Shown here: positions 13,610 through 26,530 of the stretch, piece after piece
Layout: each line of letters begins with the position of its first letter
How positions within the stretch are numbered: position 1 is the stretch's first letter
NCBI GenBank assembly: GCA_951406725.2
Contig: OX597829.1
Coordinates: 49,352,001-49,416,000 of the forward strand
Direction: 5' to 3'
DNA: 64,000 nt
Origin: Octopus vulgaris
Lineage: Eukaryota
Program-made: the position numbers and the translations under genes
Notes under the pieces: generated by a model
Databases searched by the model: none
The model's input: the letters and a program-made list of their open reading frames with translations, nothing else
Told to the model about the DNA's origin: nothing

Positions 13610-13773
13610 TATTTAGCACTCATGTTACTTAAATATCCTCAAAACTATGTCAAAGATAGAGAATAAAATATTTTCTCAAATTATGAAAATGTACGACCAG
13701 TGGTGCAACATGGCAGTGGTGTGAAGTTTGCAATGAAACACAGGTGGTATACATGTGGCAGTTAATGTGTTAA
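13610..13773. mobile_element. DNA-transposon/MITE fragment; related inverted copy at ~62312-62420
   Basis: About 110 bp is shared in opposite orientation; ends in gttaatgtgttaa. Confidence 0.55.
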
Positions 13774-13788
13774 GATAGTAGAATGTGA

Positions 13789-14430
13789 AGGCGGCGAACT
13801 GGCAGAAACATTAGCACGCTGGGCAAAATGCGTAGCCGTATTTCGTCTGCCGTTACATTCTGAGTTCAAATTCCACCAAGGTTGACTTAGCCTTTCATCC
13901 TCTTGGGGTCGATTAAATAAGTACCTATTTTTTTACTACCCACAAGGGGCTAAACACAGAGGAGACAAACAAGAACAGACAAATGGATTAAGTGGATTAT
14001 ATCGACCCCAGTGCGTAACTGGTACTTATTTAATCGACCCTGAAAGGATGAAAGGCAAAGTCAACCTCGGCGGAATTTGAACTCAGAACGTAGCGGCAGA
14101 CGAAATACCGCTAAGCATTTCACCCGGTGTGCTGTTTCTGCCAGCTCGCCGCCTATAAATAAGTACCAGTTATGTACTGGGGTCCGTTTGTCTGTCCTTG
14201 TTTGTCCCCTCTGGGTAGTAAAGTACCTTATGAGTAGTAAAGAAATAAATATTTCGTCTGCCACTATGTTCTGAGTTCAAATTCCGCTGAGGTCAACTTA
14301 GCCTTTCATCCTTTCGGGGGTCGATTAAATAATTACCAGTTATGCACTGGCGTCGATGTAATCAACTTAAACCCTTCGTCTGTCCTCGTTTGTCCCCTCT
14401 ATGTTTAGCCCCTTGTGGGCAATAAAGAAA
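13789..14430. mobile_element. Nested family B SINE composite (+/-/+)
   Basis: Outer 18-bp TSD taagatag(t/c)agaatgtga (13771, 14431); inner antisense copy at 13926-14155 with 12-bp TSD taaataagtacc. Confidence 0.88.
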
Positions 14431-14577
14431 TAAGATAGCAGAATGTGACTTCAGGGAGTTCATGGGTGCCTCATATATGACATCAGCAGCTTTGACTGCA
14501 ATCACCCATGAAGAGATTCCCTAGAATCAGGTAACCAAAAATTATTTAGAGAATGCAAGAATAAGAGTGGTACTTAC

Positions 14578-14769
14578 CAAATACCATTGTTTTGGGTAGA
14601 AGGGGTCTGTGGGTTCAGGCAACATGTTTAAACGTTTATCAACAGTCCTTAATTTTGGTGACATCTGAGGATAAACATGTACACTTCCTTCTTGTTGAAT
14701 AAGCTTTGAAAGTGGTTTGAAACCACGCTTTTGTCTCACATAACCACTCTCTTGTACAGCGAATTTTAC
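14578..14769 (-). CDS. PCSK2: Prohormone convertase 2 internal exon (propeptide end, maturation site, start of catalytic domain): VKFAVQESGYVRQKRGFKPL...PEPTDPFYPKQWYL
   Basis: 192 nt, phase 0/0, with a tttgttttag acceptor and TTG/gtaagt donor. Matches human PC2 VKMALQQEGFDRKKRGY...NDPLFTKQWYL (recalled) and splices in frame to the 38446-38550 exon. Confidence 0.93.
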
Positions 14770-14865
14770 CTAAAACAAACAAAAATTAACATGAAAAAAT
14801 TAAACAAAAAAACAAATAACATAAAAAACCAAGGCTGTAAAGATATTACAGCATTTATATATGGA

Positions 14866-14918
14866 AGGTCTAACAGCTGTTTCCAGGATATTTATTAATA
14901 ATATGCCTTCTTTGGAGA
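14866..14918 (-). ncRNA. Degenerate hammerhead-like motif (core mutated to CCAAAGA)
   Basis: Minus strand reads tct-CCAAAGA-aggcatatt/aatatcct-g-GAAA-cagctg-TT-aga; same stem III as the 10501 motif. Confidence 0.45.
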
Positions 14919-15689
14919 GGGTGTGAGAGGATGGTTAAATCATAGGTAATTTAGATGTGATACAAAATAGAGAGTGAGGTGGAGGAAAGAAAATAGATGC
15001 AAGATATGTAGGGATATTGAAGTTGTAAATCCAAAAATTCTCATATACACACACTGACATAGAACCAACGTTGAACCCGTTATATTATATATATTTATAT
15101 ATAACTGGATGTATATTGAGAGAGAGAGAGAGAGAAGGAGAAAGAGAAAAACAAAGAGAGAGAGCGGAAGTGAGAGAAGTGTGAGGTGATATTATGTGAA
15201 ATACCAACTTTATGTATACCTGACAATTTCGCAAAATAAAAGTGTTTGGTGAATAAATATATATAAAAAATACATTGTCAAAAGTGAAAGGACTGAATCT
15301 AACACATCACAATATTAATTTAATTCAATGAATAATGCTATGCAGCTTAAACGAATTGTCTTAGTTCACCAATTATTGTTTAGAGAACAATGTCTTATCT
15401 TGGAAGCATCTTTTGTTTCCAAAACTGAAAAAAAAAAATGGAATCTGTTCTTTTATGGCTTGCTTTCCTCAAATTCACCAAAGAATAACAGAACTGGTTT
15501 GCTTAGCAACTAAAAGTAACACAATTTAATTCCCAGTGTTTTCTTAATTATAATAAAACTAACAAAATATTGAGGAACTTGTATTGGCAAATACATTTGT
15601 ACTCCGAGAAATATTGATGCCAGTGATGGCAGTGTTGATGAAGATGGTAAAACAAGTATGTAGAGAGAATTGGCTACAAACTACAGAAT

Positions 15690-15899
<210 letters not shown>

Positions 15900-16404
15900 G
15901 CTGTTCCATTAAGGTAAGATCAACAGAAAAAAATGTACTCCGTCATGTGAGAGATAAATATCATTAAATGTAAATGGTATAAAAGATGTGAACTACCAAC
16001 AGTTTCTTGCTTTGAAGACACAAGTCTGGGTAGGTTTTTTCATGACATGCCTTGTATCTCTAAGCAATCTTCAGGCTCTGAGCAGAACAGATTTTGATAT
16101 CATTGATATCAAAATCTATGTTACATCAACAAGCTTATGGAATTGTTAGCATGCCAGGTAAAATGCTTATGGAATTCTGTCTGTCTTTGCGTTTTAAGTT
16201 CAAATTCTGGGTGGCTCAATAAAATAGGTGCTGGTAAATCACTGGGATTGAAGTAATCAACTTACCCCTCACGGAAATTGCTGGCATTGAGCAAAAAAAT
16301 TAACATCTACGTCTGTAAAATGTTTTTCCATGTAGTAATGAAACATTTGTAACTAAAAAGTTAAAATAATACAATAAATTCTGGTTTTTGTTTTAATACA
16401 AACA

Positions 16405-16748
16405 TAAAGACTCCCTTCAGTCATAAATGACCATGGGATTGCACTTAGAAAGTTACCCTCCGAGGACCAAGTCCTGGCAAGGTTGTTAGTAGAAGACCAG
16501 CAGTCACTCATGCACGCTAGCCTCTCCTCTCCATGCCACTGATCTTATCCAAGGGAAAGGCAAAGGGGCCGATACAGCTTGGCACCAGTGGTGTCACAAC
16601 TCATTCCTACAGCTGAGTGAACGGGGGCAATGTGAAATAAAGTGCCTTGCTCAAGAACACAACACACAGTCTTGTCCAGGAATCGAACCCACTACCTCAT
16701 GATCGTGAGCCTGAGCCTGATGCTCTAACCACTGAGCCATATGCCTTC
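16405..16748 (-). mobile_element. SINE family E, full length
   Basis: tRNA-like head tggctcagtggttagagcatc...ggttcgattcc and family E body. Confidence 0.85.
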
Positions 16749-16754
16749 ACACAT

Positions 16755-16919
16755 ATCATCATCATAATCATCGTTTAACATCCGTTTTCCGCGCTAGCAC
16801 GGGTTGGACGGTTCGACCGGGGTCTGGGAAGCCAAGGGCTGCACCAGGCTCCAGTCTGATCTGGCAGAGTTTCTACAGCTGGATGCCCTTCCTAACGCCA
16901 ACCACTCCGCGAGTGTAGT
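16755..16919 (-). mobile_element. RTE LINE 3'-UTR end
   Basis: Matches the RTE tail family. Confidence 0.8.
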
Positions 16920-17269
16920 AAAGATATAAAGATATATAAAGATATATAGATATATAAATACTCTTTAACAATTATATATCTGCTGCATCGGAAATCTGCA
17001 ATGGCCCCATAACTACCATCTCGGCTATAACCTCGGAGCCCTAATAATCCATTACAGCACTTACCTAGCGTACCTAATCATTTAGATCACCTGTGCACTA
17101 AATCCCCATATTTTGTGCATGAATACATGTAGAAATACTCCCTTCTGTCACTACCATCATTTCAGTAAGTTTACTCATGGTTCACTGAGTGTGCTGCAGT
17201 TTCGCATCACCAATCAATGCATTATTATTATTTTTTTGTTGTTGTCCTCTTCTCTGTGATACACAGCAG

Positions 17270-17800
17270 TTCCACATCAGTCCTCATTACTTTGTTCCAA
17301 GTGTCCATCAGTCTCTCTGTCTTCCACAGAATTCACTAACTTGGTGTAGACTGCACTTCTTCATGCAACAATGATCTTCCATGCACATCACGATTCCATA
17401 CCAATTTCTCTATTACCCACAAGGGGCTAAACACAGAGGGAACAAACAAGGACAGACATAGGTATTAAGTCAATTACATCGACCCCAGTTCATAACTGGT
17501 ACTTAATTTATCGACCCCGAAAGGATGAAATGCAAAGTCAACCTTGGTGGAATTTGAACTCAGAATGTAGCAGCAGACGAAATACCGCTAAGCATTTCAC
17601 CTGGCGTGCTAACGTTTCTGCCAGCTCGCCGCCTCACGATTCCGTACCAGCACAGCCTCCACTCTTGCACGTTACCCCTGCCTCCCCTTACACCCAGTTT
17701 TCCTTTCAGTTCATCTGTACTCTGTACTTCATGCACACTGACATTACACATCCATCAGATCCTTCATAATTCTTCTGCATTCAAAGCCCATTTCATGCAC
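17270..17800 (-). mobile_element. Degenerate RTE fragment interrupted by a family B SINE (17404-17633)
   Basis: ORF 17560-17751 has CNVSV...ELKGKLGVRG...VQEWRLCWYG; 16-bp TSD tcacgattcc(a/g)tacca at 17388 and 17634. Confidence 0.78.
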
Positions 17801-17807
17801 ACACATT

Positions 17808-18208
17808 TCTTCATCTTCTTCTCCACCTCCTCCTTCTTCACCTCCTCTTCCTTCTTCTTCACCTCCTCCTCCTCCTTCTTCACTTCCTCCTCCTCCTTCT
17901 TCACCTCCTCCTCCTTCTTCTTCACCTCCTCCTCTTCTTCTTCATCTCCTCTTCCTTCTTCTTCTTCACCACCGCCTCCTCTTCCCTCTTCTTCACCTCC
18001 TGCTCCTTCTTCTTCACCTCCTCTTTCTTCTTCTTCACCTCCTCCTCTTTCTTCTTCACCTCCTCCTCTTTCTTCTTCACCTCCTCCTCTTTCTTCTTCA
18101 CCTCCTCCTCTTTCTTCTTTTTCTTCTTCTTCACCTCCTCCTCTTTCTTCTTCTTCACCTCCTTCTTCTTCACTTCCTCCTTCTTCTTCTTCACCTCCTC
18201 CTTCTTCT
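17808..18208. repeat. Polypyrimidine (CTT/CCT/CAC) minisatellite
   Basis: ~21-bp units ttcttcttcacctcctcctct. Confidence 0.93.
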
Positions 18209-19156
18209 CAGTTTCTGGAGTCCGAGAAAGACGATTCCATAATTTCTTGCTGAACGACCTTCACAGATGATTTGTTTCATTCGATCAAAATGTTTGTGTC
18301 GTACATTTGATCACTCCCACCATCAAATCGAAATTGCATGCATGGGTACACAGCGTGTCACATGTCATGTGTCAAAGTGATCGCAGAATAATGTGGAATG
18401 AAGTGTTTTGCTCAAGACTACCCAATCTGGATATTGAAACCACAATCACGAGTGCAACACTCTATCCACTAAGGCATGTGCCAAATCTCTTTCTCTCTCT
18501 CTGTCTATCTATCTATCTATTTCACTCTCTTTCTCAATAGATAGATAGATAGATAGATAGATGGATGCATACATACATACATACATACATGCAGACATGC
18601 ATGCATAGTCAGACAGACAGATGGACGGATGGATGGTAGATAGGTATATGGATGGATGGATAGGTAGATACAAATATATATATATATGAATATAGATACA
18701 TAACGGGATATGTATATATATTCATATACACATATAGATATATATGCATGCAAACACATACCCACACACACACACACACATATATATATATGCATACATA
18801 CACACGTAACATTGTTTGAAGATATCTCATGATTAACATAGATATATACATTTGTGATGAGTTTAAATTTTGAAAATTTTGCTTGTTTTTTAGGTATTTT
18901 TTGCCTTCAGGTCTCAAACATTTTCCTTCATCAAACATGAAGATTAAAGGAAAAGTAAAATAAACAAATGACATGACATGTAACCACATGAGATCTTATG
19001 ATAAGCACATGGCATGTACAGGTGTTGTAAAATTGCACTAAAGCTTTAATTACATGTCGGGAAGTAATTACAACACGACAATAAAGTAAATATCTTTATG
19101 GTTTAAACTCAAATATTATATACTTTGAAACATCACACAGAAACAAATTATGTGAG

Positions 19157-19197
<41 letters not shown>

Positions 19198-19271
19198 GCA
19201 TGTTGTCTATACACCTGTCTTCGGGTTTTATTTTTCTGTAAATTTCAACTAAATATATGTGTGTGTATGTA

Positions 19272-19437
19272 TTCTTTTACTTGTTTCAGTCATTTGACTG
19301 CAGACATGCTGGAGCACTGCCTTGAAGGATTTTAGTTGAACAAATCGCCCCCAGGACTTATTTTAAAAGTCTAGTACTTATTCTATTAGTCACTTTCACC
19401 GAACTGCTAAGTTACAGGGATGTAACTTAGCAGTGTA

Positions 19438-19470
<33 letters not shown>

Positions 19471-19830
19471 CACATATATATACGACGGGCTTCTTTCAGT
19501 TTCCATCTACCAAATCCCCTCACAAGGCTTTGGTCGGCCTGGGGCTATAGTAGAAGACACTTACCTAAGGGACTGAACTCAGAACTGTGTGGTTGGGAAG
19601 CAAGCTTCAAACCACACAGCCATGCCTTTGCCGCTCTCTCTCTCTGTATATATATATATATATATATGTAAGTGTGTGTACATGTGTGTGATTATGTGGT
19701 AAGAAGCTGGCTGGTTCTGGATTCAGTCCCGTTGCATGTCACATTGGGCAAGTGTCTTTTACTATAGCCTCAGGTCAACCAAAGCTTTGTGAATGGATTG
19801 GGTTGATGGAAACTGAAAGAAGCCTGTCAT
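19272..19830. mobile_element. SINE family A (-, 19272-19625) plus inverted partial copy (+, 19690-19830)
   Basis: Family A head sequences in opposite orientations. Confidence 0.75.
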
Positions 19831-20112
19831 ATATATGTATATATGTATATCTGTTATTGAAATAAAGAGACAAAGAAAGACTTTAACATGTCTTTAACAA
19901 TCCGTTACAATTGTTTCTGTACCGACACTGTTTTCAATGTTTTCACACAAAACTTCCAAATGAAAATTTACATAATATTTGCTACTTTAAACATTAAAGT
20001 GACACTACTTCAGATCTGCATCAAAGATGCACTCTTCTGGACTTTGCATTTTGTGTTAAGCAAAACACAAAGTCTACTTATTTTTTTCACATGCAAAACT
20101 GTTGAGATGACA

Positions 20113-20588
20113 TTAACCCTTTCATTACCAACCTGGCTGAAACCAGTTCTGGCTCTGAGTGCAAATGTCCTGTTTTCATAAGTTTTGAATTAAAATCTTC
20201 CACCAAACCTTCATTACAATTTATGTTCCTAACACTAACTTAATGATAACTAAGTTATTTTACTAAATTCTTTGTTATATTTAATGTAATTGAAAGAAAC
20301 ACAGAGCATCTCAACAGAAATATGGTAACAAAAGGATTAAAATATATTATAGAGAATTCTTAACCCTTTCGTTACCAACCCGGATGAAACCACCTCTGGC
20401 TCTGTAGTACAAATGTCATGTTTTCATAAGTTTTGAATTAAAATCTTCCACCAAACCTTAGTCACAATTTATGTTCCTAACACTAGTTTAATGATAATCA
20501 AGTTATTTTACTAAATTCTTTGTTATATTTAAAGTAATTGAAAGCAACACAGAGCATCTCAACAAAAATACAGTAATGAAAGGGTTAA
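20113..20588. mobile_element. Two adjacent ~228-bp piggyBac-like MITEs (20113-20340, 20360-20588)
   Basis: TTAA-CCCTTTC(G/A)TTAC ... GTAA(C/T)GAAAGGG-TTAA terminal inverted repeats (degenerate in the first copy); same family at 34600 and 38714. Confidence 0.82.
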
Positions 20589-21049
20589 GCTCTCTCTCAA
20601 CTTTCAGATCAGTGTTCACAGTGATATGATGCAAAACAAATTTTTTGCTGTAGTTTATCTAAAAGTCAAAGTAACATATTGACATTGATTTCATTATTAT
20701 GATTATAAAAACATCTAACTCTATTCAGTTATATACACAGAAACATGTGTGTATGTCTATGCATCTTTGTCATAATGTTTATAAACAAGCATCATCTTTA
20801 TCATAAAGTGATGTTGTTTGTTTCCAGTCTTCTGTGCAAAACATGTCTGGCCATTGGGAGGTATTATCCTGCTTGGATACAGGTGAAGATTGGTGACAAG
20901 AAGGGCATTTGGCCTAAGGAAAATCTCTCTTAACTAATTCCATTTGACCTATGCAAGCATGGGAAAAATGTCAGTTAAAATGATGATGATGATATGTAAC
21001 TAATACATATAAAGCACAAATATTCCTTAGTATAGATATTCTTTCATTC

Positions 21050-21145
21050 TTCTCTGAAGATTGTATAATAGGCTTTTATATAGAAATCTTTGTTCACTGA
21101 GATATCTACAATATGTGCAGTAATTCTAGAAACAGCTGTACGGGA
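21050..21145 (+). ncRNA. Degenerate hammerhead-like motif
   Basis: CTGAAGA at 21054-21060 and GAAA-cagctg-TA at 21129-21140; stems I and II eroded. Confidence 0.42.
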
Positions 21146-21862
21146 CACTTTATGCACAACTTCTAACTCCTTTACTTATATGATAACTTGTACACCAGCA
21201 ACATCAAAACAACTCTACAATTATGTTTGAATTATAAATTCCATGTTCTAATATGATGCCACATGTTTTTCCTGTCCTTTCTTTGTAATATACATATTTA
21301 CACACACACATACACACACATGCATGCACACACAACATATATGCATGTGTGTGTGTGTGTGTGTGTATCTGTGTGTGTATGAGAGTGAATGTTTGTGGGT
21401 AAATATGTATACATATACAATAGTAAGTCATTAATTATCCATCATCAACTTATTTTGTTTTATATAACGAGAGTGATAATTGGTTGTATGCACACAACAC
21501 ATTGTTTCTCTTTAGTCACTATTGAGCAAGTTTGAACATGAAGCACGAATTAAGCTATCGTAAAAATTTCCATTTATCATTGTTACTACTGTTTCTGAAC
21601 GCTCTAAAGAAAACCCAGCATTCAATCATACGTTTTCTTTATTCATTTAAGAGAGTCAAGACTATTAAAAAGGTTGCAAGACGCAACGAAAATTTTAGGA
21701 AAATAACAAAAATAAATAGTGGAAATTTTACCGGTGGAGTGTGTTATATAATAAGGCACAAAAAGAAAATGACTCTCCCCAGACACAATACAATATGCTT
21801 CAACACATGAACTCATATCAAGAATCTTGCAAACCAAATCCAAAAACGAAATATATATATTT

Positions 21863-22318
21863 ATCATCATCATCATCGTTTAGCGTCCGCTTTCCATGCT
21901 GGCATAGGTTGGACGGTGCAACTGGGGTCTGGGAAGCCAGAAGGCTGCACCAGGCTCCAGTCTGATCTGGCAATGTTTATATGGCTGGATGTCCTTCCTA
22001 ATGCCAACCACTCCATGAGAATGCCAACCACTCCATGGGAAGCCAGAAGGCTGCACCAGGCTCCAGTCTGATCTGGCAATGTTTATATGGCTGGATGTCC
22101 TTCCTAATGCCAACCACTCCATGAGTGTAGTGGGTGCTTTTTACGTGCCAGACGAGGCTGGCAAACGGCCACGATCGGATGGTGCTTTTTACGTGCCACC
22201 GGCACGGAAGCCAGTCGGGGCAGCGCTGGCAACGGCCACGTTCGGATGGTTCTCTTATGTGCCACCGGCACTGGTATCACAGCTACAATTTCCATTCATG
22301 TTCATCGATTTTGATTTT
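21863..22318 (-). mobile_element. RTE LINE 3'-UTR end with an internal ~85-bp duplication
   Basis: gggaagccagaagg...gccaaccactccatga occurs twice. Confidence 0.82.
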
Positions 22319-22911
22319 TCACTTTCTTTTTCTGCCTTATGATTTAACACACTCAGGGAATTAAGAGGAAATTTTACCGGTGAGTGTATTAAATTATAAG
22401 GCACAAAAAGAAAATGACTCTCCACACGAACTCACATAAAGAATCTTGCAAACCAAATCCAAAAGCGAAATATTATTCGTTTAATTTTTCTTAAAATATT
22501 AGAGGTGTTAAAAGTTCATGTATGTCATTTTTTTAAATATGATGTAATCTTGGTTCTGAAAATTGTTTTTCTATTTCCACACAAGGCTCTTTATGTCCTC
22601 AAGTAATGTACAATTTGCAGCTGGAAAATGAACCAATCTAAGACAACAGACAACAAAAAATGAAACAAAAATACAGACAAGAAAAATTACCACTGAACAT
22701 TACTCTTCTTTTGAAACAGACAGAAAAAAGTGCCATGGTCTGCGTTATTGTAATAATGATTTTTAATTTGGGAACAAGGTCGGTAATTTTGAGTTGTGGT
22801 AAAAATGAAAACAATTTAATCGACAGTTCAAGTACAAATCTGACATTCAGAGACTAGAGAGACCCAGGCATAGGGGGGGGGGGGTGCATGTGCACAGTTG
22901 CATTTCCTCTT

Positions 22912-23118
22912 TCTCTTTTACTCTTTTACTTGTTTCAGTCATGTGACTGCAGCCATGCTGGAGCATCGCCTTTAGTCAAGCAAACTTATTCTTTGTAAGC
23001 CTAGTACTTATTCTATCAGTCTCTTTTGCCGAACTGCTAAGTTACAGGGACGTAAACACACCAGCATTGATTGTCATGTGACGTTGGGAGGGGGGAAAAC
23101 GCACACACACATTCACAA

Positions 23119-23150
<32 letters not shown>

Positions 23151-23313
23151 GACAGGCTTCTTCCAGTTTCCGTCTACCAAATCCACTCACAAGGCTTTGG
23201 TCGGCCTGAGGCTATAGTAGAAGACACTTGCCAATGGTGCCACGCAGTGGGACTGAACCCGGAACCATGTTGTTGGTAAGCAAGCTACTTACCACACAGC
23301 CACTCCTGTGCCT
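22912..23313 (-). mobile_element. SINE family A
   Basis: Family A sequence. Confidence 0.88.
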
Positions 23314-23619
23314 ATTAATCTTTTATCTTTTACTTGTACTGGTCATTGGACTGTGGCCACGCTGGGGCACTGCCTTGAAGGGTTTTAGTTGAATAGATCA
23401 AATGCAGTATTTATTTATTTTTTACCCATTAGTTTGGTACTTTTTGTCTTTTGGTCTCTTTTGGGAAACTGCTAAGGTATGAGGGTGTAAACAAACCAAC
23501 ACCAGTTATCAATCGGTGATGTTTGTAGTAGTGGTGGGTAAGCATATCATAAACGTAGAAATACACTAAATCGCACTCGCACACACACACAGAGTCTGCC
23601 AAAAAGGAAAAATATGTGT

Positions 23620-24005
23620 CATCATCATCATTTAATGTCTGCTTTCCATGCTGGCATGGGTTGGATGGCTTGACTGAGGTAATGGAGAGTCAGTGGCTGG
23701 ACCAGGCTCCAATCTGATCTGGCAATGTTTCTACAGCTGCATGCCCTTCCTAATGCCAACCACTCTTAGAGTGTAGTGGATGCTTTTTATGTGCCACTGG
23801 CATCGATCATGTTCGGATAGTGCTTTCTATATTCCATCAGCACGGGGGCCAGTCAGGAGGTACTGGCATCGGCCATATTCAGATGGTGCTTTTTACATGC
23901 CACCGGCACAAGAGCCAGTCGGTGGGTACTGGCATCAGTCACATTCGGTTGGTGCTTTTTATGTGCCAATGACACGGAAGCCAGTCAGGCGGACTTGGCA
24001 TCAAC
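23620..24005 (-). mobile_element. RTE LINE 3'-UTR end with tandem sub-repeats
   Basis: RTE tail family; inverted relative to 24135-24577. Confidence 0.78.
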
Positions 24006-24134
24006 AAATATTTTGATTCGGTTTTATCACAATTTATTCAGTGTTATTGAAATTTAATAAAGCATTGAAAGAGGCATCTATATTTATAGAGCTATTTATA
24101 CAAGTTAAATTTTTATACAGATTTTTCTATTCCT

Positions 24135-24577
24135 GAATCAAAATCAAAATCAAAATCAAAATCAAAATCGATCAACATCAATGGAAATTGCAGCTGTGAT
24201 ACCAGTGCCGGTGGTACGTAAGAGAACCATCTGAACATGGCCATTGCCAGTGCTGCCCTGACTAGCCTCGTGCCGGTGGCACATAAAAAGCACCATCCGA
24301 TCATGGCCGTTGCCAGCCTCGCCTGGCCCCCATGCCGGTGGCACGTAAAAAGCACCATCCGATTGTGGCCATTTGCCAGCCTCATCTGGCACATAAAAAG
24401 CACCCACTACACTCATGGAGTGGTTGGCGTTAGGAAGGGCATCCAGCCGTAGAAACATTGCCAGATCAGACTGGAGCCTGGTGCAACTTTCTGGCTTCCC
24501 AGACTCCAGTTGAACCGTCCAACCCATGCTAGCATGGAAAGCGGACGCTAAACGATGATGATGATGATGATGATGAT
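24135..24577 (+). mobile_element. RTE LINE 3'-UTR end with tandem sub-repeats
   Basis: RTE tail family with a (GAT)n tail. Confidence 0.82.
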
Positions 24578-25249
24578 GTGTGTATACATTCTGTTGGCAG
24601 ACTCTGTAATATACATGCTTATTTTGATTAATAGTTAATCCAGCAAACTCCTACCATCTTCTAGCAGATGATATGACCTCCAACTGAATAGTTTGGGTTA
24701 TTTGTGCCCATCGCCAGTAGTAAACACCCAGCCGCTTGAGATAGCAGGAATTCACTCCAGCTCACAATATATGGAAGACCAAGCAACAATCAGTCAGTGA
24801 TCTTGCAACAAGCAAAGCAGCTAGTTAGGAAATCTCCATAAGAGATTAAAGTAGTGACTATACAGAGAAGTATTGTTTATCACCACTTAAACATGGCTGT
24901 TTGATGTTGGCAATAAACATTACTTCTTGCTATAGTTGCTACTTTTATCTCTTACAGAGATTTTTCTAGCAATCCCTGTCTATAAACTAACTCAAAATGC
25001 AAACATTCATAAGGATCGTTAAAGAGTTAAATAGAAGACGGTGAAATCTCCTCCAGGACGGGTTACTAGCCCATCTTAGATAACTTTTTTAATTTCTATG
25101 TATAGAAAATTATTTTTGATAGATTCTGGCTGGAATAAAATGTCGATCAGCTGTAGACACAGCGAAAGTATTTGCAGTTGATTTGATCTCTTGATATGGA
25201 ATTTGGTTTCCATGCCTACCTGGTATTTTACTCTCTCTCTCTCTCTCTC

Positions 25250-25398
25250 TGTGGTTGTGTGGTAAGAAGCTTGCTTCCCAATCACATGGTTCTGGGTTCA
25301 GTCCCACTGTGTAGCACCTTGGGTAAGTGTTTTTTACTATAGCCTTGTACTGACCAAAGCCTTGTGTGTGTATTTGGTAGACAGAATTTGAAAGAAAC

Positions 25399-25431
<33 letters not shown>

Positions 25432-25665
25432 ATGCGCATGTGCAAGTGTGTGTGTGCATGTGTTTGGATGTGTGTGTCCCCCCACCACATGACAACCAGT
25501 GCTGGTGTTGTTTACATCCCTGTAACTTAGCAATTCAGCAAAAGAGAATGATAAAGTAAGTACCAGGCTTTAAAAAAAATAAGTACTGGGGTCAATTCAT
25601 TTGAGTATAAGTTCTTCAAGGTGGTGCCCCAGCATGGCCACAGTCTAATGACTGAAACAAGTAAA
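25250..25665 (+). mobile_element. SINE family A (older variant)
   Basis: Family A head, body and tail. Confidence 0.78.
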
Positions 25666-25779
25666 AAAAGAAAAGAAAAATGTCCACACCAGCCATGAAT
25701 ACTGGATCAATACCAGAAGAGTAGAATCACACAAATACAATCAGCTGAGCTGGGGTTCATGGAATAATGTTATTTAACA

Positions 25780-26530
25780 GATTGCATAACTCAGAGATCA
25801 AGAAATCTCTCAACAGGTTGAGCTGATACTTCTCTGCATTGAGAGGTCACAGCTCTGGTACATGTGATTAGAATATCTCAGGAACGAATCACAAGAGAGA
25901 TTCTTCAAGCCAAGCCAACTGGCATGAGACAAAAAATGAAATGGTTGGGTAATACTACTAATCCCAGTTGGTCATGCTTGGGAATCTGAGCAGAAACTAT
26001 AATGATGACTGCTCCTAAGAGGACCTTATGGAGGAGGTGCCTCAGGACTCTAGCCCTACAACTGGCAAGATGACCTAGGAGTAGACCAAGGACGAGATAG
26101 TTGAATAATATCCATAGTCCAGTTGGTCATTCTTGGAAATCCATTTAGAAAGTATAATGACAATTGCTTCTGATAGGATCCTATGGTGGAGGAGGTGCTT
26201 GAGGACTTTACCATACACCTGGCAAGAGATCTAGGGTTAGACCAAGAATGGAACGATTGGATTATATATGTAGTCTTAGTAGGTCATTCTTGGGAATCCA
26301 TTTAGGTTTAGGAAATATAATGACAGTTGCTTTTGATAGGACCCTATGGAGGAGGAGGAGGTGCCTGAGGACTCTATCCATATGTCTAGCAAGAGATGGT
26401 TGGATAATATCTACAGATTTAGTAGGTCATGCTTGGGAATCCGGTGGGAAAATGTCATGAGAGTTGCTTCTGATAGGCCGCTATGGGGGGGGGGGGGTCT
26501 GATGACCTTAGCCACCACAATCCTCTCAGG
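25780..26530 (+). mobile_element. Degenerate RTE ORF2 end with the terminal ~150 bp repeated about four times
   Basis: Recurring GRPRTRWLDNI/DRxLWRR-like unit (tgataggaccctatggaggagg). Confidence 0.62.

Noticed and set aside
1-14577. Next PC2 exon (expected NTGQ...LDLNV)
   Set aside because: Not found by eye in the non-repeat segments; probably beyond the left edge, though a miss is possible.
17606-18253. Extensin-like SSPPP or KKEEEVK ORF
   Set aside because: Polypyrimidine minisatellite fused to TE debris, with no splice or homology support.
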